Below, piece after piece: positions 12,413-33,000 of a stretch of DNA of 64,000 bases. The stretch spans positions 9,238,001-9,302,000 of the forward strand of contig CM102284.1 of NCBI GenBank assembly GCA_046563655.1, given 5' to 3'. The translations under genes were made by a program, and so were the position numbers. Under the pieces are notes generated by a model that was not told where the DNA came from, searched no databases, and worked only from the letters and a program-made list of their open reading frames with translations. The stretch comes from Yuukianura sp. NJ FZ-2021 (taxonomy: Eukaryota). How positions within the stretch are numbered: the first letter of the stretch is position 1; each line of letters opens with the position of its first letter.

Positions 12413-13199
12413 TTATAAAATCGTCTTCTCTTTCAGAATTCGCTCAAATCCACTGGGAGGGGGATACAAAAATCCATCGAAATTCACGTCCAAAACGGCA
12501 CCTTCGTCAACTGTCAAACAATTTAGCCAAGTTAATTAGTAAAGTTAATTTAACACGTTGCTTTTACTTGGATTAGGATTGCATGGATTTACCAAACAAG
12601 GCTGGATACACTGTTCCACGAACATTGGAAAAGGAAATGTTTGACTTGACGCCATTGACGTAGAAGTTGAGTTCGATATGATCATAAGAGATGCCCTGTG
12701 GAAAATCAAAATCAATCACAAATTCAAATATGATCAGCTGAATTTTTTCAATTCTTCTTACAAAAACGTCGCCTTCTTGAAACGTCGTGTCGATCTTGCC
12801 AATTCCCATTTTGTTGTGGAATAGATCCCCTGATTGACGAAGCATCCATGACTCTGTGTCGTTGCCGTAAGGGCCGCTCTCAACAGTGGAGTTCCTCGTA
12901 GACACTCCTATGCCCCAAATCCCTTCTTGTTGCAACTTGACTTCAAAGTAGGACTTTGTTTGAATAAGGGGTTGGGATCCAAGGGCTCCCCCAGTGCCAC
13001 AGACCCTTAGTCCATTCTTCACTACGACCACTTCATGCCCAAGGTACGTAGAGTCAATCAAAATATCTGGACTTGTCTTGGTACTGCTGCTGCGAGTATT
13101 TGTACTTCCGCTGTCACCAACCGTCACGATGTCAGTGTCACTGAATCCAAGAACGGTGTCCAATAAGCTCCGAGCACCAGTACAAGAACAGCACCACAT
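12413..13199 (-). CDS. SPRYD7: SPRY domain-containing protein 7
   Basis: LIDSTYLGHEVVVVKNGLRVCGTGGALGSQPLIQTKSYFEVKLQQEGIWGIGV..GISYDHIELNFYVNG..GTVYPALF / VDEGAVLDVNF..PPPSGFERILKEKTIL*; two short introns. Confidence 0.92.
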
Positions 13200-13295
13200 C
13201 TTGCGTCTTCTTTGGAAAAAATTGGGTATACTTCTGGTTTTGTTGAATCCAATGTATAAAAGTAGTTGATGACACTGGAAGAAATTGGATGATTT

Positions 13296-13889
13296 CTACA
13301 GACACTTTGAGTCGTCGATTTCAGCGTGCCCAAACTTATATTTTCCTCGCCAAGTGTACGGAAGTGGAACGACACTTGGACATGGGACTTGACCTCCCAC
13401 TTCACACAGACAGTGTTTGACACACTCCCTTCCAAGGTTAGCAGGATTCACTTTGACAACATCCACTTCGTCCTCTTCATCTTTCAGATCTACAGAACAG
13501 GAAGGAATCAATGTAATACACCAAATGGAAATCAGCGTTAAGTATTTGTTACCCTCTTCATCTTTGCAGAGAGTGGTGAGAATGCGTTCGTGGATTTCAT
13601 CCTTGGATTGCCTGTCCACATCCAGCACCAAGTCCCGTCCACTGTCCAGCCAAACTCGGATGAAAGACGTGGGAGTGAGTTGTCTAATGGTGAGGACTTG
13701 GACGTTGGGATTCTTGTACTTAAGATGCGGGAGATGCCAGATGACAAAGTCCTTCAGTTCCTTATGGGTCTCCTGCTGTCGATTGTAGTGAATTGCCAGT
13801 ATTCGGATGTACGGCTTCAGAATAAGGTTCGTTCTGGTGAGGTAGTCCAGTGTCTGGCGGACAGGGGCGAATCCTTTCATAAAAGGCAT
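13296..13889 (-). CDS. mRpS25: Mitochondrial ribosomal protein S25
   Basis: MPFMKGFAPVRQTLDYL..KDFVIWHLPHLKYKNPNVQV..TPTSFIR..NPANLGRECVKHCLCEVGGQVPCPSVVPLP..RGKY; one probable short in-frame intron near 13492-13551. Confidence 0.93.
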   Translation of the reverse strand: MPFMKGFAPVRQTLDYLTRTNLILKPYIRILAIHYNRQQETHKELKDFVIWHLPHLKYKNPNVQVLTIRQLTPTSFIRVWLDSGRDLVLDVDRQSKDEIHERILTTLCKDEEGNKYLTLISIWCITLIPSCSVDLKDEEDEVDVVKVNPANLGRECVKHCLCEVGGQVPCPSVVPLPYTWRGKYKFGHAEIDDSKCL

Positions 13890-14489
13890 TTTGTTTCAAT
13901 TTGACCTAAGATATGTAAGTGATTCCCAATGGTATGAACACTGAACAACACTACTAGGTCACATTTAAACTTACGGAAGAAATAAAGCCAAGTCCTGCCT
14001 TTAACGTAAAATGTAAAGTGAATGAAATGTACCGTTGAATGCAGCAGCTGATTGAGATCTACGCACTTCTCTGGTGGTTCACTGGAAGATGTGGATAGCC
14101 CAAAGTGAATGAAACAGCAGGATGTTATACCTAAGGAGAAGAAGTATCAGTCAACTAATTAGTTAAACTGCAATTAATCGGTTTCACAAAAGTATATTTT
14201 TTCATGACATGAAATAACAGTAAATTGGAAACAGGAAAAACGAGTCAATAAAGCTTGCTTATTGATTCCATCCGCATCCTCCGTTTTGCGACGAATAGGG
14301 ATTGCCTCGACCAGAAAGTACACAAATCAACACCTCCAACTTAATGAATGTACTGGATTAATGAACGATTAATTAATTGAAAGTAAAATAAAAGGTGAAT
14401 ACTTTAACATGATATGTATAAATTAATAAGTTTCTTCTTTGAAATTAATTGTCATTGTCGTAAACAAATCTGAATTTCAAATTGCAAAA

Positions 14490-14724
14490 TTTAAATTTTT
14501 TTCCCGCCGCTGCCTCCCCACCCAGAGAGGAAGGGGTGGGGGAAAACAGGGGAGCCTTTTCGGTTCGCATAATCTCCGCATAGGATCTGGCCAAAATCGA
14601 GGGTCCACTTTTAAGATAACCGTCTGCACGACATGCAAAAATACACGCAAATCACACTGCGACAATACACGAACCGGCACTTACTGTCAACCTAGCTCTC
14701 CTTAAATTAATTCTTGCATGGCGT
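14490..14724 (+). mobile_element. Dispersed non-autonomous repeat, subtype A (MITE- or Helentron/DINE-like)
   Basis: Shares core cgcataatctccgcataggat..ggccaaaatcgagggtccacttttaaga..gtctgcacgac..aaaaatacacgc and the end ATGGCGT with copies at 26.5, 55.5 and 62.3 kb. Confidence 0.85.
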
Positions 14725-15528
14725 TGCAGTTTGCAATTTCATCCGTGCGTTTTTAAATTGGAAGAATAGTTTTATGAGGGAATCTTTTGCATCTTTATTT
14801 AGATTTGATTTTTAACGCATCACCCCTAAAATATCAAACGTCTTACAATTAGTATGAACTAAACCATACTCAGACTTAACTTCAGCATGTTGTGCATTTA
14901 CCACCTACTAGCATTTTGAAATTTGGAATTTAGCTTGTGTCATACTCTAAATTTCTACCCACGTTTTTAGCGTTTGGAAATTTGGAATTCTGCTACTAAA
15001 TACACTCAAAACTGCGTAGGAAGAATGTGAACGTATAAAATTTTGAAGTCAGAAACTCAAAATTTCTCTATTTAGCCTCAACGCCAGTTGAACTTAAAAA
15101 TGTTTCACTCCATGTTTTACGAATATACGCCTCATGTTAGAATTCTTTTATTTTTGATGTGGCGTAAAAGTTATTTCGATTTCAATTCTTGTGTGACCTG
15201 TCATGAAAACAAACTTTTTACGACAAAAATTGAAAAGCAGACAAGACTAAAGTGAGCACCGCACAAGTCGTGACGAATGTTTACAAAATAGTTGTCTTTT
15301 AATTTGATTTCTAAAACAATATTTACATAAAATGAAACTACTGAAAAGTACACAACATAAAAATACTCTTGGGATCCTAGTCCTCTTCCGTCCATTCGAA
15401 TATCAAAAGTTAGTCCTCACTAAACAACTTCCTTAGCAGCACAACAGAAACTAAAGTTTGAGTCAGTAGGCAGCACATTTTCTGGAAGACATTTCCCATC
15501 GTCATAAAAAATTTCTAGTTTTGAAATT

Positions 15529-20244
<4,716 letters not shown>

Positions 20245-21351
20245 AAACTTTCCATCCTCACCACAAAGTCTCACAAACTCTCCGCTTTCCCAAAAAACAG
20301 TTTTTGAAAACGAAAAACGAATTGCTCCTCACTCCGATTCAGGATTCGACGATTTCTTGTAAATCTTGTCCACTACCCGTCTCAAGCATGCGCCAAACTT
20401 ACAAAAATTACGTAAAACTGACGTTAAATTACGGAAAACTGACTTTGTATAAGCGTTTTTTAACGACGGAAACTTCTTGACCTTTGACCTTGATAGTCAA
20501 GGTTTCCAACAAAGTGAAAGTTTTTAACAAAATTAGCGACTCTCAATTAAACTTTTTACCTGCAAAAGCAAAACCGACAAGAAATCAATTTTCAAAAGAA
20601 AAATCTGACGCTCATGATCAATTTTTTTTGAACATGAACGTCTTGAACTTTAAATTTTGAACATAAATTGTACTTTGTTGCTGATTTTTTGATACGCTGC
20701 TTGGCTACAACTGGCTGAACAGCGTCAGATCGTTCCGTGGCTGTGATTTGACATTTAAAATGACAATTTTTTGGCGTAGTTTCCGGAATTGATTGAATTA
20801 ACGGGCGCTCGTGTAGTTGAAGTGACACACTTTGGGAAACGGAGTTTTTTCCTGGTCGACTTGTGTGGTGAGGCGGCAGTTGTTGGGGAAAAGTATTTTT
20901 AGAAAATTCAAACAACACTTCCGCGTCTCCCACTAACGTTAGTCGGCTGTTCGTCACTTGGACTTCACTTCTTGCAAGTTCTTTGGCCTCATGTCATCTC
21001 GTAGTAAGTCATTTCTAAGATGAGAGTTGGAGCATGACACGGGGATCCTCCGCAATATTAGGTCACTCCGGGCATGTGTTTTCTAAAAAAAAAAATGAAA
21101 ACTGTTCTGTTTCTGGACGCTTCTCAAAATGATTTGTAATTAAGTGAAGAAGTGAAACGGAAGTAGGAGGCTGCAGAGAAACTTTCACTTAACCGAATTT
21201 CAGAGCGAAAAAACCGTTTCTCTGCACCCACACACACCATTTGGAAAATTAAAACTCCCAAGAAAACTTTTACTGAACGTATTTCTGACGACGTGGGAAC
21301 TAAGCCTTAAGTTGTGTTAAATTAAGTAGAGATTAAGCGTGTGTTGAACCG

Positions 21352-21842
21352 TTATAAGTAGTATGGTGGTTTGCGAACAGTAATTCCGAATTCTGCCAGT
21401 ACTGGAACCAAATCCTCCAGCGTCAATGTCAGTTTCTTCTCCACCTTCCCTTTGGCTCCCTTGCCCTGCTGTGGCACAGTAGTTCTCAACTTGCACTGCG
21501 TGTAGGCGTCATTGATTATGTCTGAGATGAACTTCTGAGCAGCGAGAGACATGAGACGGTTGAGCCTGGGGTCAGTGGCTTCAAATCCAGCCGCCTGCAG
21601 AAAGTGGTTGGACACGGAGTCCGGCACCTACAAACCAAACATGCAATTAAAAGTCGTATGTTGACATAATGGAGTTTGGAGTAGATGAGAGTTACCGTTG
21701 GACTGTAGTTTTCCAACTGCGCCAGTAAATCCGACAATGCAAAAGCAGACGCAGAGAAAGAAGATTCTCCAATTGATTGTTGACTTCCATGCGGCTCATC
21801 GCCACTTCCAGCAGCACTGCCTTCCCCGGTACTTGATGACAT
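21352..21842 (-). CDS. TAF10: TFIID subunit 10
   Basis: LSDLLAQLENYSPT / VPDSVSNHFLQAAGFEATDPRLNRLMSLAAQKFISDIINDA..LTLTLEDLVPVLAEFGITVRKPPYYL*; intron ~21628-21696. Confidence 0.95.
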
Positions 21843-22583
21843 CTTTTTCTTTGTCGCGGGTCACTGTAGGGTCAAACCAATCAACATTAATTAACTGAAA
21901 CTAATCCACTTTCTTCGGAGGTGCAACAAAAATAAGAATTATTAACGATTAGAGAACAGAAATAACGAATTAACTTAACTCCTTCTTAGTACTTTATGAA
22001 TTCATCATCAATCTTTCTGTTTTTGACTATCTAAAGGGTAAAATGGGAAATATCCTTACCGAAAGCAGGAGGAGACAGCCGATAGCAACGTAGAAACTGT
22101 GACAATTAACTAATTAAAAATTAACACTCCAACTCCAATCCAATTAAAACGATTATCTTTCTGTTTTTGTTTTGATTTCAATTCAAAAAATTGAAAGAAA
22201 ACAGGAGATTATACTTTCCTTCGCGCGCTTTGGAAATTTGAAACAGAAACGACAGAGGAAGTGTGAGACAGGATTGCAAAAATGTTTGGACAATAGCGGA
22301 TCTGTCGTTGGTTAAGGACAATAGCGAATATTTGAATTTTAATTATTTTGATTCAATTAATTAATTTATTTTAATTCTGAGTTAATTGAAACACTTATCA
22401 TAGGATTGGTAACCTAAGACTTCTATACAAGAGTAAAGGAATTTGATACATTACTTGTCTTTAGTGTGTTAATTGCGATATTTCGTTCCTAAATTAATTG
22501 GATTACGCTTTCTCTTCTGCAATTACCTCAACTAATTAATTGTTCTTTTAAAAAACTAGAAATACTTTATGATGCTTTGCGTT

Positions 22584-25831
<3,248 letters not shown>

Positions 25832-26467
25832 TTCCAAATTGAAACTACACAATTTCTGACGTAGTTTGCAATATCTCTGACGTAGTTTGCAAAATTTCGG
25901 AACTGGTTTTAAGAATTTCGGAAGCGATTTGCAAAATTTCGGAAGTGGTGTGCAGAATTTCGGAAGTTCAAAGTCCTTAAAGAATGTTGGACCGCCGGAA
26001 GCTGTTTGTACGGCACAAAAAGGTTGTGCTGCTCAAGTGATTTGGAGAGACGCTTAAGCTCTGCTTCTGCCCATTGCAATTTCTTTGCAAATTGTGAGAG
26101 TTGAGAATTGTGTGTTTGGCAGAAGATGTTTTGGTACTGAGATGAAGATGAGAAGTGGGGAGATGCTGGGAGGAAACAAAGAAAAGTCCGTTTCCTCATT
26201 TGAATCTTATCCATTGTTCATCTCAAGATCCGTGGAACAGCCTCCCAACTTCAACTGTTCCATTTGGCACATCCACCATCATATTTTCCCACATCACAAT
26301 CACAGTTTACAAAAATCTAACACCTACACGCACTTTCGCACGTGCACAAACACGCTCAGTTCACGAAGAACATTTCCAAAACTTGTTTTTCGCTAAACTT
26401 TTTAGCATATTTAAAAAGTAACCACAAATGTTAAAGTTAAAAGAAATTGATTTTTGTGGAGATTTAT

Positions 26468-26740
26468 ACGCCAGTTGAAAATAATTTTAAAATAATGATG
26501 GTTTTTGATAAGGGAATGCCGAGACACCTGACGTCAAAGGGTGTGACGTCACAACTTGAAAAAAGTGGGAACCTTTTTGATTCGCATAATATCCGCATAG
26601 GCTCCGGCCAAAATCGAGGGTCCACTTTTAAGACAACAGTCTGCACGACTTGAAAAAAAAACACAAATCAGACTGTGATACAGCAGAAATCGACACTCAC
26701 TGTTTACCTAACTCTTATTAAATTAGTTTCTGAATGGCGT
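26468..26740 (+). mobile_element. Dispersed repeat, subtype B; imperfect TIR-like ends ACGCC...GGCGT; two CRE palindromes
   Basis: Same core as 14.5 and 62.3 kb; 5' module (gataagggaatgc..TGACGTCA..TGACGTCAcaa.ttgaaaaa) shared with the 55.5-kb copy. Confidence 0.85.
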
Positions 26741-27066
26741 TGAAATACTTTAAGACAACATGATTACTCAACATGGTGATTACAGTTAAATTAATTAAAA
26801 CTAAAATCGTTAATGAGTTAATTAACTCACTAATTATATTATTTCAATCTTGATTAGCGATTTGTTAAAAACTTTTGAAAATAGAACTTGAAGAAGTGGT
26901 TGGACTTTCAATTTTTTTTCCTTCGTGCATTTTTGTTTTTAATCGTTTTGAATTTTGTTAAGAGGGGGAGTGAGGAGATGATTTGTTTTAGTTTAAAAAA
27001 TCCAAATACTTAAATTAACAATTAAGTTGTAATTAATTGAAAAGTTGTTAAAATTCGGACTGGTTA

Positions 27067-30000
27067 TCATTGCTCTCCTTCTCCTTTCAAGCGTAATCGG
27101 GCAAAGTCTTCAAAAATGAAGTCATCATCCCTGGAAAAAGAAACAGTTTTTAGTAAATTGTTGGTTGTTCCGTGGAATAGTTTGTGCTTAATTAGTTTTC
27201 TTACGCGTCCAACTTAATTAAATCTTCGACAGGAACTTCTCCTCCTTCGCTCCCACCGAGGGCATTGGGTGAAGCTGATTTTGGCATTGGGTCCTCCTCT
27301 TCTGGCTTCGGGTGCATCAGCGTAAACGGAAGTTCACAGCACAAGTCTCTAACAAAGTCAAATTTCACAATTTTATTAAATTTTCAATCAAAATTGCCAA
27401 GTTTCTATAAATTTCAAAATTTCATACCCGCCTAACGGTCCCAAACACAGCTTCACTTTTACTTTGTACTGCACGATGATCCCAAGGTTCTCTTTGGCAG
27501 CAGGATCCGTTATTCTACAAAGAATTAAAATAAGTTATATTTCATATTTTATTTTATTATAATTATATTATTGTATTCTAAAGTTTTATATTGATTTACA
27601 TTGTAGAGGAAGCCAAATTCGTGTCTTCATGCTTGAGTTGTCCGTCGAGGGCCAGTCCGCGTTTTTCCTTGTTATTGGCCAGAAGAGGTGTCAAATAATA
27701 GACTTTGGACAGCGTAAACCCTGGTCCCACTGGACAACCTTCCCTGCTCAAGTACACAACATCAAAAAACTTAACGTTGACCTTTGACCTTTCACTTTTG
27801 ACTTTTGACCTTTGACTTTTGATCTTTGACCTTTGACACTTACTCAGTCTCCAGTTCCGCTACGGTGCACTTGTACTGGGCTGTCGAGAACAAACAAATG
27901 TCTGCAAATTGACGAACACACACTCTGATCCTTTTCACGGTTCGATTGGAGTTATTGGCAATGTCTAAAACAAAACAAGAACTTTTCAAATTGAAATTTT
28001 CAAAATTAAAATTTCAAAATTCGTTTCAAAATTTTGAAACTTACGGACATTGACGGCCACAGACTCGCCGTGGTGGTACAACTCCTTGTCAAGTGACGCC
28101 TCCAAATGCAGTTTGTTTGGTGACATCATGAACTCCTTGGACACTTCGATTGACGGTTGGTCACCCTGCTTCCCTGGAGCATACATGATCTTACGGATCG
28201 CCAACCTCACTGAATTCCTGAAAAAAAAAGTTTTCAAAATATTTTCGAAATTTTTCAATTTTGAGTGAAAGCGAAGCATCATGGAGTTTAATCAAAAGTG
28301 GAGCGAGTAACTTTTTAATTGAGTTAACTCTTCAAAATTTCATTCTCCCTCTTCCTCAAAATCCATTTTCACAAGTTCCGCTTTCCAAAATCAAAATCAA
28401 ATTTGACAAGACAGGAGACCTTTTCAAAATTTCAACCTACACGGTCTGCTCATTTTAAAGTTTGCTCATATTTTGAAACATTTAAAACAGACTTGATCTT
28501 ATTATGATTTCATTACCTTTTCCAACTTCCACACGCGCTCTCAAAATCTCTAAATTTTCACCACAGAATCCTAAAAATTTTGGTAATAAACCGCAGGAAC
28601 AAAAATTGAGTTGAGGAATTCGGGAAAAGAGAAAACCCGAATTTTCCCGAATTGAGTGCAGAAATTGTCTGTTCGTTATTTTTTCTGTCAGGTAACATGA
28701 AGATGGAAGTGAGAAAGCGGGAGAAATTGAAATAAATTGGGATTCCGAGGATTCCTTAGTGGAGAGATGAACTTTGTTCCTGCAAATCATCTTCATCTTT
28801 TTCCGACTGTCCAGAAGGAGAGAGATGTCTCATTTAATTTGAGAACATGAAAAGAAGCTCTCAATAAACGACAGAGACAGGAAATCGATCACACAATTTT
28901 TATGAACCGCTGCACTTCGTATGAAAATAAAAATTTCAAATTACAGACACAAAAGAGAAAGCTCCTTTCTCTTTCTCTGCTCCGCTCTCGCTCTTTCGCA
29001 AACAAAATTTTCTCCATCGTCGCTCCCGCTTTTTTTAAATCTCCATTTTCGTTTTATAAAACGAAAATGCAGATTTAAAAAAAAGTGAAATTTTCAGAAA
29101 TAAAATGTTTGCCTTATTTTTTTGTGACTCACCGTTTGTGTGGCTTGTCGTCTGCATTTTCCCCAACGTATGCTTTCATTTCGTAGTCAACTCCACAAGG
29201 TTTGCCCGTGTCTCCTGGTGCTGGTTGCAGCGTTACAGATGCTGGACAGTGTGGAGGCAGTTCAAAGAAAAACGGAAATGCATTCGAACCCAACTTCTTC
29301 AACAGTCGCTCCTAAAAAATTAGTTTTCAAAAAAAAGTTTTTAAAAAAGTCATAAAAAGCAAGATTTAAACCAAAAATATTGAAATTTATGGCCAAAAAG
29401 CACCAAAAAAGGTATTTTTTGCACTAAAAACGTTATGTTTTGCTCCAAAAACGTATTTTTTGAAGTTTTCTTCTGAAAAACGTTACGTTTTCATAAATTT
29501 TTGGGTCATCAATCACTGTGTTTTGAGTGGAAAGTGAAAGTAATGATTTCTCTCACTTTCTCCATTGTGGACAGACGGCTTCACCTGTCGCCTTCCCATT
29601 TTTATCACCTTCTCTCTCAAAATGCAAAATCTTTAGTTAAATGATGCAAAAAAGTTGAAACTTTCCGTTTTTTATAGAGAGATAAAATGGAAAGTAGGGA
29701 AAACTTTTTCCATTTTGAGTGAAATTTGAAGTATTTAGAAGAAATTTGAAAATTAGCTCAGAATCTTGAAATCGTCACTTACTTGGAGTCTTGTCAGAGG
29801 TTTGGCCAAAGAAGATTCGGGAACAGGAAAAATTTGTTCAGAGGCGAGGTACAGGTCTTTCCGGAAGGTTAGACCAAGGACATCTACACACAAAATTTTA
29901 AAAAGTACAATTAAATTTTCAAAAATTTAATTCAAAATTTAATTTTTACTTTTTTGAAATTTTACCAAGATCTTCTCGTCCGTATCGGAAGGCAGCTAGA

Positions 30001-33000
30001 ACGTGACCGTAGACTTTTCGTTCTTTGACATACTCAGGATCAATTAGAACAACTCCATCTGTTTTGTGTATAAAAAGAACAAACATCATTAAATTGCTCG
30101 TGTTCTCATTAAACTCATGTTTCTCATTAAAACTAAACCAAAACATACCAAATCTGTCTCAATTTCAACAAATTTAATGGGGAAAGTCGCCTGCTTTCTC
30201 TCAAACAGTCAAATTTCTCCAGAAAACCCAACAACAAATCTGTTTTTTCAAGACTTTTTAGAATTTCTCTCCAAAAAAGCTTTTTTTTTTGTTTTGGAAA
30301 AAGCTGCCAATTTTTCTTTGAAAAAAGTAACGAGCGACATTTCGAAAACGGAGAAAGTTGAGTGCTTTCCCCCCAAATCCCCTGCATAAAATCCCGTCTT
30401 TTGCGGTTGTTTTGCTTTGACTCAACTTTTAACACAGAAAGTGAAAGTTGAAAGGAAAGTGTTTGTGTATTTGCAGTTGGAATTTGAGGCATCATCGCCC
30501 TCTCTCCTGAGTGATGAGCCAAAGCAATCAAAAGGCTCCACTTTCACTTTCATTACAACTTGATACTTGTGTGATACAAAGCGAAAGTGCGTCTGAAATC
30601 TCTCAAGGTTTGACCTACCTTCTAAAACTCAAGTCTAACCTTCCAGTGTTGGGTTACAAAGTCATCAAAAATGGAGGAACCTTAAAGTGGAACACACCGC
30701 CTTCACTTTTCGGAGTTTCAGAACTTTCTCTTTTTGGAAATCTTATCATGGTTGTTTTAGTGCTCAAACAGAAGACACTTAGCTGAGAAACCAGGACAAA
30801 AACAACAATTGCATAATAAATGAACATGAAGCTCCAGAACCTCACAAAAGTTCTAAAAAGTGATTCACTTTTCAAAAAAATCCCGGTAAACAAAAGTTGG
30901 CACAGGCGACGCTTCAGAAAGAAAAAAAAGTGAAAGTTGCTTGTCAAAAATCAGTGAGGCTGAAACTAAAGTTTCGCGGAAGAAAGTTGTTTACTTCGTA
31001 ATAGCACCTTGATGGCGTTGAAACAAAGCAACAACAGCAAAAATACATTTAAAAAATGTGTCTATAAATTTGTAAACTTTTACAGATTATTCAATTACTT
31101 TTTTAAAGAAGAAAAGTAGTGCGACAAACTGAGAATTTTTGTCTCGAGAAAACAAAATGCGGGAAGTTGAAGAAATCTCATTAAGAGCAAAGCGCTTAAG
31201 CGTTTCTCCGCCCACATTTTTTCTTTGATAATGAAGAATTCCAGGTTAAAATTAAATTAAAGACGGAGGAGCAATTAGGAGACGTTTTCCTCGGAATCAC
31301 TTTTTCGTCTTCTTCTCTAATAAAAATCTTTTCTTTTGAAATCTTTTCTCTCCTGCCCTTTCTCCGACGTTCTTTTATGTGAATTTGGACAATGGAGGAA
31401 GAAAAGCCTTCGTCTCACTCTGCTTTGATTCAATTTCCATCTTTTTAGAAATTATTAGCAGAGGAGAAAGTGAAAAGGGAAAGGAGACATGGCAAACTTA
31501 ATCCAATTAACACCTTCACTCCCCACTAAATACTAACAAAATATTAGAACATTCTATGAAAATATTACAAAACTCAAAGGAAAATATTACCAAAATATTA
31601 CGACAGTCAACAAGAATATTGCAACAAATTTCAAAGAGAAAGGAAATAAAATTTCTTTTGATTTCTGTTTTTCTTCGCTCCTGAGTTCTCTCCATCAAAA
31701 CATCTTACAAAACACACATCACATAACGTTTCGACTTTCTTCCACGTTTTTACTTTCTTCTTTTGTCAAAAAAAAACATTCTGGATTACATAAAACCACA
31801 AAAACAAAATTTTGAGCATCGCACTGAAAATGGCAACTGAAAAATTGCAGACTTTTACGTTGAATAAGCTCAATTTTCTTTTAAGTGGCGTGGCATTTTT
31901 ACAATTTCTCAATTTTTCAAAAGAATAAAAGTGAAACTAAATGGAAGGAGGAATTTCATTGGTAGAATCTCCAAATCCCATTTGATTTTTATCCAATCCC
32001 AGAGAGATTACTTTTGCACAGAGTAGTTTAGGGGGGGGGGGGGTTAGGTTAGGTTAGAGGGGGGGGGGTCCAACCATTAGTCTCAATTAGGAGGAAGACA
32101 TAGGGGGACACGGGCTCACTTTCCCGCTCTTTTCTCCCCCAAATAATAAAAACACAAATTGAAAATTGTAGCTTACGACACTCTTTTCTCCCGCTCTTTT
32201 CTCTCTCTTTTTTAATGCTCAGCTTTCGGCCTTAATCGTTGTTGGCTCCAAGAGCTTTAAAAGCATCTATTTCCTCCATTGTTTCGGAGAAAGCTGGAGA
32301 AAGCACCCACTAATCACCCCCCTCCATGTCAAAGTGTACAACTTTCTGCAACCAATCACAAGTTACAGGAACAAAGTTGGTCAAGCCACGTTTTACTGTC
32401 ACTCTGCACGCCAACACACTCACACAACTTCATCCTCACTTCAACACTTCATTTTTACAACCACCAATTTCTGAAACTCTTCCAAATTTCGAAATCAAAC
32501 CAATCAGCAATCTCAACAACTCAACGAAAATTTACAGACTGTCAGTATCAAAATTTTTAAAGTTTTGAAACTCATTTTTGAAATGTCGTTTTTAATACAG
32601 AAAAAGTAGTGATTCAGTAATTTATGAGTCATTTGAAACGACGATTGAGAGATTCCGTGTACTATTTAAGTGGAGTTAATGACGTAAAGCCGCCTTTTAT
32701 CTGAACCCACCAGACCCACCACGGCTCCACCAAAGACATTATGTCAAAGGTCATCGCAACATACGCTTGCACAAGTCACTTTTTATGTGGACCATAAAAT
32801 ATTCCATCTCACTACAACTACCTCCATCCATCACTCCACAACTTCAACTACTTCCGTACACCATTTCCCACCCAAAGGTCAACCATTTTGAAAAAACCAA
32901 AAAAACATTTTCAAAATTAAATTTCAAAAAAGAGGTTCAAAAATTCACAACCTTGGTGTACGCATGCCCCACAACACATTGAGCATCCAGCCAACTCCTG

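Noticed and set aside
14439-14705. Similar short ORFs at 14.5, 26.5, 55.6 and 62.2 kb (..VVQTV.LKVDPRFWP..) as a peptide gene family
   Set aside because: They are translations of the dispersed repeat; starts, stops and lengths are not conserved.
15080-15166. Short segment with ACGCC..GGCGT ends resembling the subtype B termini
   Set aside because: Too short and degenerate to call as an element without a family consensus.
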